Shown here: in pieces, positions 19,901-28,570 of the stretch
Numbering within the stretch: the stretch's first letter is position 1
Layout: every line of letters starts with the position of its first letter
DNA from: a virus
IMG/VR virus record: IMGVR_UViG_3300032236_000718
Coordinates: 64,001-128,000 of that record
Reading direction: 5' to 3' (one strand)
Length of the DNA: 64,000 nt
The notes under the pieces: model-generated
Databases searched by the model: none
Seen by the model: only the letters and a program-made list of their open reading frames with translations
What the model was told of the DNA's origin: nothing
Made by a program: the position numbers and the translations under genes

Positions 19901-21015
19901 TTCCTATATCAGGAAACTTTGGTAAAGTCGGTATTATTCAAGATCCTAAGTTTGATGATGTTACAGTAAATCTAGATGCAAATAGCTTTAGTCGTGTTCA
20001 ACTAGGTTTAACTGCGCAGACTGGTGTCTTTACTGTTGGTGAGATTGTATATCAACCTAATACTTCTGCCGCCGGAATTGTTGTCTATAGTAACACGTCT
20101 TATCTTGAACTCCAGAATGTAAAGAACCAATTTAGTAATGGTGGTTACTATTCTAATGGTACAGCCTCTAATGATAATATTGTAGGCCTATATTCTGGAA
20201 TCACGGCAAACGTTAAGACTGCAAATGTCTCAGTATTCAGTGTGCAGACAAATACAGAGATTGTTACGGAGTTATCGTCTGGTGCAACTGGACTGCTCCA
20301 AATTGTATACAGTAACACTGAGCTTAAGTTATCTAATGTTTCTGGTAAATTTACAACAAGCGATACTATCTATGATCCTATAACAAATGCAGTTGCAAAT
20401 GTTGTAAGTATATACACATCAAATGGTCTGATTGACTCGAGCTCTAATTTTGCTACTAAATTTAATCAGACAGTAAGAATACCTTTAACATCCAATAACT
20501 ATGCATATATCCCATTTGAGCAGGTCATACAAGACTCTACACTTGCCAGTGGATATGTAATAGATGGAAATACTAATTTTGATGTCGTAATTAGTGGGAA
20601 TACTACAACATTTATTGTTGGTGATACATTTACTAATAATATAAACACAGTCTCTGGATACATAACTGGAATAGCAAACAGTACATATCTAAGACTATCT
20701 GGTGTATCAGGAAAACCATCAATTAATGACGTTATTACATCTGGATCCGGTGCAAATGCTACCTTAACTCATGTATATGACGTTATAATACTAGATAATG
20801 TGTCCGGAAATAAGTTCCAGAGTGGCCCTCTGACGTCTGCAACATATATTGTTGGAAAAACATCTAATGCATATGGCCAGAGTCTGCTAAATAATACAAT
20901 TATATATCCAGATCTTGTAAGGGGTACTGGGGACGTGATATATCTTAATAATATTACCCCTTTCACAGTAAATGCTACTTCGAAAGAAGACGTTAAGATC
21001 GTTATTAGTTTTTAA
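16996..21015 (+). CDS. gp8: Baseplate wedge subunit gp8, greatly enlarged by repeated small beta modules
   Basis: PRHNWSNGTVYSFYD, FYVMTD.F.VYKCIDN, DNYVWKYMYT, GHGSD...ELGA, C-terminal GDVIYLNN.......SKEDVKIVISF. Confidence 0.85.
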   Translation: MTAVLTIHHYIDIINSFVQNVLHSRKAYYMYVGKPDSWIDQYGANTSVPFPTSDSVTQHESQLYKDIIFGKEITANSISYMAPRHNWSNGTVYSFYDQDDGDLYSKNFYVMTDNFEVYKCIDNGGGAPSTVKPSLNSANGTFQTADNYVWKYMYTVDTANNSKFTSSDFIPVIPNSNVAGLAVPGSIDAIRLINQGSGYTTYYSGYINGLINDYNISLDRGASSIKDFYVGSTIYLKSGFGTGQMRKIKAYDGLNRIVNVDTPFDGYTILNVANAAGSWAPGDQVTQNIDSIAYLYSSGFFAPGDPVIQSDTHANGIIVTANGTSLNIVRNSGDVLFTDQAQAYPIINQTQAPVLKNGTVSVMNTTTLFINAVSGTFLTNDYSVGQYIQIGSNSNNNVRLIESVNSSVIQVDLPFNSALISNVHYLVPYATTPDSIVLTSANGYITNTNINGAILQYSNVSILGQPFIVGEKVDMVDISNTGQAVYGTVSFSNNNTLILSDINGSGFIGETANTSLTLGFNSNTGIFNPGDVIVDANVAAVGTVSSVTPQIVITASALSGNVIFTVGEPVYQTNGTANVATGIVFSYASNTIVIGSPTGIFSNTYQLLGNTSNANATVGTITSNNTMVIGNVTGDFIVGDKIINQTNNSSNATVTSIYSTNHYVKGESSLQRAHIDKVVGYPNITIKNQLGNFTLGQKIYSRDPVSLTQKASANIVSYFNSINESTQYSISPTVNIDGDGQGAMAYSVVNNSIELYYTKITSNSNFYVGDDITDTTGGATGIITSINSTAMIVNLTLNEFRKDDIIVNRNSVGATVSQLGKIINGVSAELYFTSSNGTFNVGDIIKDTNTGAQGTVQVANNNYVLLSYNNGFFNPGNYFISSRNVEGQISRAVVSPYNIEKIVITNTGTGYTFANISVQANTLYGNGASAKGVISPIKGHGSDTLAELGARYVGISMTFDTGYNEGWKFPISGNFGKVGIIQDPKFDDVTVNLDANSFSRVQLGLTAQTGVFTVGEIVYQPNTSAAGIVVYSNTSYLELQNVKNQFSNGGYYSNGTASNDNIVGLYSGITANVKTANVSVFSVQTNTEIVTELSSGATGLLQIVYSNTELKLSNVSGKFTTSDTIYDPITNAVANVVSIYTSNGLIDSSSNFATKFNQTVRIPLTSNNYAYIPFEQVIQDSTLASGYVIDGNTNFDVVISGNTTTFIVGDTFTNNINTVSGYITGIANSTYLRLSGVSGKPSINDVITSGSGANATLTHVYDVIILDNVSGNKFQSGPLTSATYIVGKTSNAYGQSLLNNTIIYPDLVRGTGDVIYLNNITPFTVNATSKEDVKIVISF

Positions 21016-21030
21016 GTTTAGAGGAAGAAT

Positions 21031-24000
21031 ATGACACTTCAAACCGATCTATCCCGCTCGCCATACTTTGACGATTTTAATCCAAAGTCAAGCTATTATA
21101 GAGTTCTCTGGAAGCCAGGTAGTTCTGTACAGACACGCGAGCTTAACCAGATCCAATCCATGCTACAGGAACAGATAGCTAAGTTTGGTAAGAGCATCTA
21201 CCAAGAGGGATCGGTCATTGAGGGATGCACATTTAGTTTTGACAATAAGAAAGATTATGTCAAGATTAGCGACAACTACGCTAATAACTTTGCATTTACT
21301 ATCTCGGACTTTAAAAATCAATATGTTTATAACAATAACGGTCTAAAGGCATTTATTGTAGACACTATTAGTGGTCACCTATCAGACTATGCTACCGGAA
21401 ATACTAATACACTTTATATTAAGTATCTTAATAGTGTAACATATGCTAATGGTAATGTACAACAAAAATTTGATGCTAATGATACTCTTGTCATAACAAG
21501 TTCAGCTAATATTGCAATAGGTAATGTAATAGTAGCAAACAGTCTAACAAATCCTACTGGATATGGTTATTCTATGACTACTACAGAGGGTGTTATCTTC
21601 AAAAAAGGTACATTCCTATATGTCACACCGCAAACAATTATTGTGACACCATATACAAATGTACCAGACCAATTGTCTGTTGGTTTTGACGCTATTGAGT
21701 CGATCGACAATGCAGTTGCTAATAATTCTCTATATGATAATGCTGCTGGCTCGCCAAACTATCTTGCCCCTGGAGCCGACCGTCTCAAGATATATCCAAC
21801 TCTAGTTACTAGAGCTACACCGGATATTGCAAACAATAATTCATTCTTCTCAATTGCAGACTTTAAAAACGGTGCGGTAGTTACATTAAGACAAAATGCT
21901 CAATATGCTGCCATAGGCGCCGAGATGGCTCGTAGAACATATGAGACAAATGGTGACTTTGTTATTAATCCATTTATATTGAATACTTCAAATAAAGCTA
22001 ATACTTCTGATCCACTATATTCTAATAATGTAAATCTTATTGTTAGCCAGGGTCTTGGTTATGTAGAAGGCTATAGAGTACAGTATCTTAATAACAATAT
22101 TGTGAACTTAAGAAAGGCTACAGATTATAAGTCTGTATCTCAACAAAAAGTATCACTTAACTTTGGTTACTATGTTCTTGTAAACAATGTTGCAGGTGAA
22201 TTTGGAAGTTCTGGTGCTATTATACAAGTTGACTTATATAATACTGCATTAAACGCAGTTTCAACAGGTCATTTACTTGGAACAGCTCCTTCTGCTAGTA
22301 ATAAAATAGGAACTGCTTATGTTAAGGGATTTGCATATAGTGGAATAGGAACACCAGGAACTGGTGATGCCCAGTATGAATTATACATCTTCAATATTGT
22401 AATGAATGGTGGTTTTAGATTTGAAGATGTTAGAAATATAGTATACAATAGCTCGTCTCCTGTTGGTATAGCTGATGTGGTATTACAGTATAATGCTACT
22501 ACGGCTTCAAACACTGCAGTAATACAGTCACCACAAAATAACGGTCTTATCTATCCATTTGGCCAAAAAGCTATTGTCACTAACTCATTTGTAAATCAAT
22601 CTTTCTTATATAGAAGAAAGACAACAACTACATTTTCTACATCAGGAATAGCCACGGCAAATGTCAGCTCTTCTGGCGCAGGCGCGGGTGTGGAGTCATT
22701 CCCATATCTTGGTTTACTATCACCTGCACAGGAAAATGACTTTCATATTGTAGCTACACAGACAGCTAAAACTGCAAACTTGACAGGTAACGTTGCAGTG
22801 ACAGCATCTAATAATATTGTTACTGGTGTTAGCGGTCCTACTTCGTTCTTAACAACATTCCAACCCGGTGATTATATAACTATTAATCACTCGACTCCAC
22901 AGACAGTACAGATCGTAGCTATTGCAAATAATATATCGATGACTGTCACACCTACTATAGCAGCGACAAATGCAGGAACTACATTTACAAAAACTATTCC
23001 AGCAGGATCAGTCATTCCATTCTCTAATCGTTCAGGCAGAACAATTAATGTGTCAAGCCAACAGGCTATATTAACGATAGGTGATATGACACCGACTGGA
23101 TCTTTCTCGGCTGATGTATTCTTTAGTGTTAATAGATCAACAGCAAGTAATACAAGTCCAACTATCTCTATTAAGAAAGTAATTAATAGAGATGTCTATG
23201 TAAAGATAGACTGTTCGAATAATGTTGGAGGTGTATCTGGTCCTTGGTCACTTGGTGTTCCAGACGTTGTTAGTGTTGACGGTATCTATATTGGAACTAA
23301 TCATACGTATTCTAATACTGGAACAGACTATTCAAGTTATTTTACACTTGATAATGGCCAGAGAGATGCTCACTATGATCTAGCTAAGATCTCTATAAAC
23401 ACATCAACTGCCGGCGGTATTTTATCAAATACATCTACTATATTAGTTAAGATGACTGCATATACATACAATACCTCGCAGGGTGTTGGCTTCTTTACAG
23501 GTGATTCTTATCCTATAGATGATGTGCATGGATCTGCAAATACTAATGCAATAGTCACAGCACAGATTCCTGTTTATACAAATAGTAAGGGTAATGTGTT
23601 TGATTTAAGAGACTCCATTGACTTCCGTCCATACGCTACAAATACTGCAGTAGCAAATGCGACAACAGTTGCTGCAGCTACCATTAATCCTTCATCTACA
23701 CTAACATTTAGTAGCACACCGTATCTTCCTACTCCAGACTCTTTATTCCAGACAGATCTCTCATACTATATGAAGAGAATTGATAGAGTAATGATGAATA
23801 CTGCAGGAAGTGTTGTTGTCACAGAAGGAATTCCAGATTCAGTAAATCCAGTTGCACCTCTCGAGAGAGCTGGAATGATGACTCTTGGTTTTGTAACAAT
23901 ACCACCATATCCATCATTAGCAACAACTGATGCAAAAACATATAATAGATATGACTACGCTATAACATCTACTCTCTTACAAAATAAGAGATATACGATG

Positions 24001-25863
24001 CAGGATATCAAAAAGATTGAGAAGAGAATCGATAATATCGAGTACTATACTTCTCTATCATTATTAGAGCAGTCTGCTGCTAGCCTTCAGACAAGAAGTG
24101 CTACTACTGGTCAAAATAGATTCCAGAATGGAATCTATGTAGAGTCATTTAAGGACTTTAGCAGATCAAATACACTTGATCCAAAATACTATATTGGTCT
24201 TGATACTGCTTCCGGTGAAGCAAGACCTGCTCACTCACAATTTAAGAGTAATTTTAAATTTAATAGTCAATTGAGTACTGGTGTTGTACAACACGGCGAG
24301 CTTGTGATGCTAAACCACACAAGTAATAATATATACATATCTCAAGGATATGCTTCAAGATATAGACCATGTGTTGAGGGTAACATCTACACATATAAAG
24401 GTAATATTACTCTTACTCCATCTGGTACAGATTCACCTGATACTACAGTTGCTCCAGATATTGTTAATAATCTTGACTTAGCACAAAACTTCTTGAACTT
24501 ACAAAATGCTTGGGGTACACAGTGGGGTAACTGGGTTGTTGCTTCGTCTACAAGTAGTAATACGCTTCTTAACGCTTCAAGCACAACTACACAAACAAAT
24601 CCAGACGGTAGTAAAGATAGTACAACAAATACACAAACACTAGTTACTACACAAACAAATGTTACAAGAGTTGGAACAACACTTACAAATACAGTAAGTG
24701 ACTCCAACTTAAATCTTGGTACATTTGTCAATAATATCAGCATACTTCCATACCTAAAGGCTGCTACTATAAGATTTAAAGTTAGTGGTATGAAGCCAAA
24801 TACTAAGTTATATGCCTACTTCTCTAATGTACCAATGTCTACACACTGCTCACAGTACATATATGATACTAATGTACCTAATTCTCCAGGAGTTGGTGAT
24901 GCAAGAATACTAGCATATTTTGGTGAGTCAGCAGGATATAAGTATGGAGAATGGCGTCGTACTGGTACTGGACCTACAGTTTATGGATATATGGTTGATG
25001 CGCCGAAAGATGTCAATAATATCAATTATGCATGTACTACTGATAGTAATGGTACAGCTACTGGTATATTCTATATTCCACCTAATACATTTAAGGCAGA
25101 AGAGAATATATTTTTATTAACAGATATATCAAGCCTTGAACAAGGTGAGAATGCAGTAACAACAACTGCATCAACAACATTTTATGGATCTAAGCTAGCA
25201 TTTAGTACACAAACTTCAATATTAAGTACAAGACAGACGGTCCTTAATTCTACAGAAGTTAATGAAAGTGCTACTGTTTCCGGACTAGCTGTTGTGAACT
25301 CAACAACACTATCTCATACGGTACCACCTGCTGTTCATAATGGAGACAGTTGTGGTTGTCATTGTATTATTTGCACCAAGCTATATCAGATGGGTCTAAT
25401 GGATGAAGATACATTTATTGCTGACCAGATGTTTGGTGAGGCATTAAGAGCTTCAGACCCTGAAGTTTATTGGGGCTATATTCGTTGGGCAAAGCATGTT
25501 GTTAACTGGTTGTCTGGTGATACCCCTAATGTTATGATCTGGATCAGAGACCCAGAGAAGCGTAGAAAGAGAGAGCTCGAGCTTACAACAAAGATCACTC
25601 ATAGAATTGCTACTCCGTGGGCACAGCACATGCAGTATCTGATGGGAATGAGAGAGAAAGATAATCTAGCTGGTAGAATTATAATGGGTATTGGAAAGCC
25701 TATAAGTAAGCTTATATCGAAGCTTCCAAGATCCAAGCCGTTAGAGGAAGAGAACATAAGCAGATTCACCTCGTGTGCAATGATCGGCTTATTCTTCATT
25801 CTATATTCTATAAGTAAGGTATTTGGCGGAAGATTCGGCTTTCCAAAGACAATAAATATTTAA
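21031..25863 (+). CDS. Large virion structural protein, DUF4815/VrlC-like, N-terminal part, with Cys-led C-terminal domain and TM helix
   Basis: SPYFDDF.....YYRVL.KPG..VQTRELNQIQS.LQ.QI, APGADRLKI, ARRTYETNGDF, RYTMQDI...EKRI.N.EYYTSLSLLE, RFQNG..V..F. Confidence 0.8.
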   Translation: MTLQTDLSRSPYFDDFNPKSSYYRVLWKPGSSVQTRELNQIQSMLQEQIAKFGKSIYQEGSVIEGCTFSFDNKKDYVKISDNYANNFAFTISDFKNQYVYNNNGLKAFIVDTISGHLSDYATGNTNTLYIKYLNSVTYANGNVQQKFDANDTLVITSSANIAIGNVIVANSLTNPTGYGYSMTTTEGVIFKKGTFLYVTPQTIIVTPYTNVPDQLSVGFDAIESIDNAVANNSLYDNAAGSPNYLAPGADRLKIYPTLVTRATPDIANNNSFFSIADFKNGAVVTLRQNAQYAAIGAEMARRTYETNGDFVINPFILNTSNKANTSDPLYSNNVNLIVSQGLGYVEGYRVQYLNNNIVNLRKATDYKSVSQQKVSLNFGYYVLVNNVAGEFGSSGAIIQVDLYNTALNAVSTGHLLGTAPSASNKIGTAYVKGFAYSGIGTPGTGDAQYELYIFNIVMNGGFRFEDVRNIVYNSSSPVGIADVVLQYNATTASNTAVIQSPQNNGLIYPFGQKAIVTNSFVNQSFLYRRKTTTTFSTSGIATANVSSSGAGAGVESFPYLGLLSPAQENDFHIVATQTAKTANLTGNVAVTASNNIVTGVSGPTSFLTTFQPGDYITINHSTPQTVQIVAIANNISMTVTPTIAATNAGTTFTKTIPAGSVIPFSNRSGRTINVSSQQAILTIGDMTPTGSFSADVFFSVNRSTASNTSPTISIKKVINRDVYVKIDCSNNVGGVSGPWSLGVPDVVSVDGIYIGTNHTYSNTGTDYSSYFTLDNGQRDAHYDLAKISINTSTAGGILSNTSTILVKMTAYTYNTSQGVGFFTGDSYPIDDVHGSANTNAIVTAQIPVYTNSKGNVFDLRDSIDFRPYATNTAVANATTVAAATINPSSTLTFSSTPYLPTPDSLFQTDLSYYMKRIDRVMMNTAGSVVVTEGIPDSVNPVAPLERAGMMTLGFVTIPPYPSLATTDAKTYNRYDYAITSTLLQNKRYTMQDIKKIEKRIDNIEYYTSLSLLEQSAASLQTRSATTGQNRFQNGIYVESFKDFSRSNTLDPKYYIGLDTASGEARPAHSQFKSNFKFNSQLSTGVVQHGELVMLNHTSNNIYISQGYASRYRPCVEGNIYTYKGNITLTPSGTDSPDTTVAPDIVNNLDLAQNFLNLQNAWGTQWGNWVVASSTSSNTLLNASSTTTQTNPDGSKDSTTNTQTLVTTQTNVTRVGTTLTNTVSDSNLNLGTFVNNISILPYLKAATIRFKVSGMKPNTKLYAYFSNVPMSTHCSQYIYDTNVPNSPGVGDARILAYFGESAGYKYGEWRRTGTGPTVYGYMVDAPKDVNNINYACTTDSNGTATGIFYIPPNTFKAEENIFLLTDISSLEQGENAVTTTASTTFYGSKLAFSTQTSILSTRQTVLNSTEVNESATVSGLAVVNSTTLSHTVPPAVHNGDSCGCHCIICTKLYQMGLMDEDTFIADQMFGEALRASDPEVYWGYIRWAKHVVNWLSGDTPNVMIWIRDPEKRRKRELELTTKITHRIATPWAQHMQYLMGMREKDNLAGRIIMGIGKPISKLISKLPRSKPLEEENISRFTSCAMIGLFFILYSISKVFGGRFGFPKTINI
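25851..25858 (+). promoter_or_regulatory. Late promoter (AATAAATA) within the last codons of the upstream gene
   Basis: Near-consensus, followed by GAGGA Shine-Dalgarno and ATG at 25885. Confidence 0.6.
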
Positions 25864-25884
25864 AATCTAGAGGACACATAAAAT

Positions 25885-28350
25885 ATGAAGCCTATTGGAC
25901 AGACATTTTTCGTCAATGAGCCACCATCACCTACTGGTGTGGCAGGAGTATACATCACTAAAATAGCAGTATATTTCCAATCCGTTAGTGCTACTAATGG
26001 TGTTGAGATGCAAATCAGAACAACTGAAAATGGTTCTCCTACATCAGAGAGTCTTCCGTTTGCTAGTAAAAAACTATATATCGGTGATACTTACGATGGA
26101 AATCCTGCAATTCGTGCTTCTATAGATGCCTCTGTTCCAACAATATTTGAGTTTGATACTCCTGTATTTGTTCAATCTAATAAGTCATATGCATTTGTTG
26201 TAGCTCCTATGGGCGGAGACCCTTCATATAATATCTGGACTGCAGTTGTTGGTGACCAAGATGCAACTACACAGACACCTATCTATACCAATAATGATTC
26301 TGGAGACTTATTCTTATCATCAAATGATAGAGATTGGACTCCTATTATAACCGAAGATATAAAATACCAGATATACATTGCTAACTTTACTTCTTCATCT
26401 GGATCTGCATATTTTACTACCCCTGACGAAGAGTGGATTATATTTAATAATCCAACTGCTCCATTCTATTTAAGAGAACAGATTGTATTTAGTAACGGTT
26501 ATTATAACATAGCAGTACTGACAGTTACAGGAAATACTGGAACTATTAGTATCGGAGATACAGTTTCTCAGGGCACTGCAAATGGTATTATCTATAATGT
26601 TGCAAGTGGTACAATAAGTATTAAATCTGCTACTGGAGCATTTGGTAATGGTCTCTTGCAAGATATAACTACAGGTGCAAATACTACAGTATTAACATAT
26701 TCACAGAATGTTGTAACATCTACTGGATCGAATACTATAACTGTTCCTGACTCAAGTATATTTGCTTATGGACAAGCAATACATATTTCTCCGGCTGACT
26801 TATCAACTACACAAGTTGTTAGTATAACCGCTATACCTACTGGAACAACAATACAGGTTAATAATGCTATAACATTCACATCGTCATCAGCTCGTTATGG
26901 AAGACTTATTAATGATGGTCTATTAACTGGATTTTATTCTGGTAGTAAGATTTATCCAAACACAGATAATAATTATTATGGCATTCTTGACTCTAGTAGC
27001 TCAAATAGCTCTGTTAATTTTAGTGGTATCTCTAATGTTGCTATGATAGGATTATCATCGGGATCTAGTGCTAACTTCTATAAAGTATTTGATCCAGTTT
27101 ATAATAGCATTACTCCGCAGTTGTCGTCTATAGCTCCTGCAAATACAGATCTCGTATTCTCTTTCCAAGGTCTTGCAAATAACTCTTCAAGAGATGCAGA
27201 TCCATCATTTATCCCTCTTCATAATGAAACTATTTTGGAATTAACTGACATAGAAAGAATAGCTATGTCTAGAAGTAACGAGTATTCACTTTTACCTGGT
27301 GGTAGATCTGGAACACACTCTGTTACTGTTAAAGTTGATATGGACAGCGCAAATAATAAGATATCACCTGTTGTTGATACTATTAGAACAAACGTAGTTT
27401 ATACACAAAACTTTGTACCACAAGATTATCAACTAAGTGGTTATTACCTAACTATTAATGCTACAAGTTCTGTAATCTCTAAGGGTAATATTATAACACA
27501 GACAAGTTATGGTAATACTGCTTATGGAACAGTTGAGTATGCCAATAATACATTTATTAGACTTGTAAATGTAAACGGAGCATTCTCACCTAATGCTGCA
27601 TTTACAGATAGTACTACTGCAAATACTGGTTATGTTTTTAATGCAGAAGCATTTAATGAAGCTAATAATAATGGATATTATCTTGCATCTAGATATATCT
27701 CAAAGAACATTATTCTTGCAGCAAATCAAGATTCTGAGGATATACAAGTCTATATTGGAGCATATCGTCCAGCAAATACAAATGTACACATGTATGCTAG
27801 AGTACAGCACTCTGCAGATAATGACTCATTTAGTAGTAAAGCATGGACGAGACTTGCCGAGACTAGTGATAATACTCTATTAAGTAGTAGAATAAACAGC
27901 CATGATCTTGTTGAGATAACTTATGGTTTTAACAAGAGTAAGATGCTCTATGGTGCAAATAGTATTACAAATACTTCTATTACTACTGTTACATGTCCAT
28001 CTACAATAGGTCTAACAAATAACTCATTCATATATCTACTATCAGATGCTTCAACAAAGAACTTTAATGTTAGACAAGTACTATACGTGACAAACTCCAC
28101 ATCCTTTGTCATCGATCGTGCCCCATCATTTAACTCAACAAATGCAGCAATTGGTGTAATCCCTGGGATAGAGTCTACAACCTCTGCATTCTTATATGAC
28201 CAGAACTACAATATCGTTAGATACTGCACAATAAATGATGCTGTGTATGATAGCTACATACAATATGCAATGAAGTTTATCCCAGTTGCTGATAGCACAT
28301 CACTAGTTCCTAGAGTCAGTGATCTAAGAGTTATTAACCTACAGGCATAA
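25885..28350 (+). CDS. Virion structural protein resembling the C-terminal part of DUF4815/VrlC-like proteins
   Basis: PIGQTFFV, F.FDTPV, GDLF.SSN...WT....EDIKY.IY.A.F, SRYISK.I.L, C-terminal PRVSDLRVI. Confidence 0.7.
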   Translation: MKPIGQTFFVNEPPSPTGVAGVYITKIAVYFQSVSATNGVEMQIRTTENGSPTSESLPFASKKLYIGDTYDGNPAIRASIDASVPTIFEFDTPVFVQSNKSYAFVVAPMGGDPSYNIWTAVVGDQDATTQTPIYTNNDSGDLFLSSNDRDWTPIITEDIKYQIYIANFTSSSGSAYFTTPDEEWIIFNNPTAPFYLREQIVFSNGYYNIAVLTVTGNTGTISIGDTVSQGTANGIIYNVASGTISIKSATGAFGNGLLQDITTGANTTVLTYSQNVVTSTGSNTITVPDSSIFAYGQAIHISPADLSTTQVVSITAIPTGTTIQVNNAITFTSSSARYGRLINDGLLTGFYSGSKIYPNTDNNYYGILDSSSSNSSVNFSGISNVAMIGLSSGSSANFYKVFDPVYNSITPQLSSIAPANTDLVFSFQGLANNSSRDADPSFIPLHNETILELTDIERIAMSRSNEYSLLPGGRSGTHSVTVKVDMDSANNKISPVVDTIRTNVVYTQNFVPQDYQLSGYYLTINATSSVISKGNIITQTSYGNTAYGTVEYANNTFIRLVNVNGAFSPNAAFTDSTTANTGYVFNAEAFNEANNNGYYLASRYISKNIILAANQDSEDIQVYIGAYRPANTNVHMYARVQHSADNDSFSSKAWTRLAETSDNTLLSSRINSHDLVEITYGFNKSKMLYGANSITNTSITTVTCPSTIGLTNNSFIYLLSDASTKNFNVRQVLYVTNSTSFVIDRAPSFNSTNAAIGVIPGIESTTSAFLYDQNYNIVRYCTINDAVYDSYIQYAMKFIPVADSTSLVPRVSDLRVINLQA

Positions 28351-28351
28351 T

Positions 28352-28570
28352 ATGAGTGAGTATCTTAAGGTAAAAGATAGACCTGATCTTGTTAGGGATA
28401 TGCATAGTAAAGCTATCCTTAATAAAGATGTAAATGCTTTGAATAAATATAGAGAAGAGAGAGATTTTAAGTTAAGATTAGCTAATGTTGTTGAAGAACA
28501 CAATAATCTTAAAAAAGATGTCTCAGAGATAAAAGATCTGCTCACTAAAATACTAGAAAGAATCCAATAA
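28352..28570 (+). CDS. Small conserved T4-like coiled-coil protein
   Basis: KV.....LVRD..SKAILN, C-terminal LK.DVSEIK.LL. Confidence 0.65.
   Translation: MSEYLKVKDRPDLVRDMHSKAILNKDVNALNKYREERDFKLRLANVVEEHNNLKKDVSEIKDLLTKILERIQ

Noticed and set aside
25861-25887. Sequencing error or read-through explaining the in-frame DUF4815 split
   Set aside because: Two in-frame TAA stops, plus a dedicated Shine-Dalgarno and late-promoter motif for the second gene
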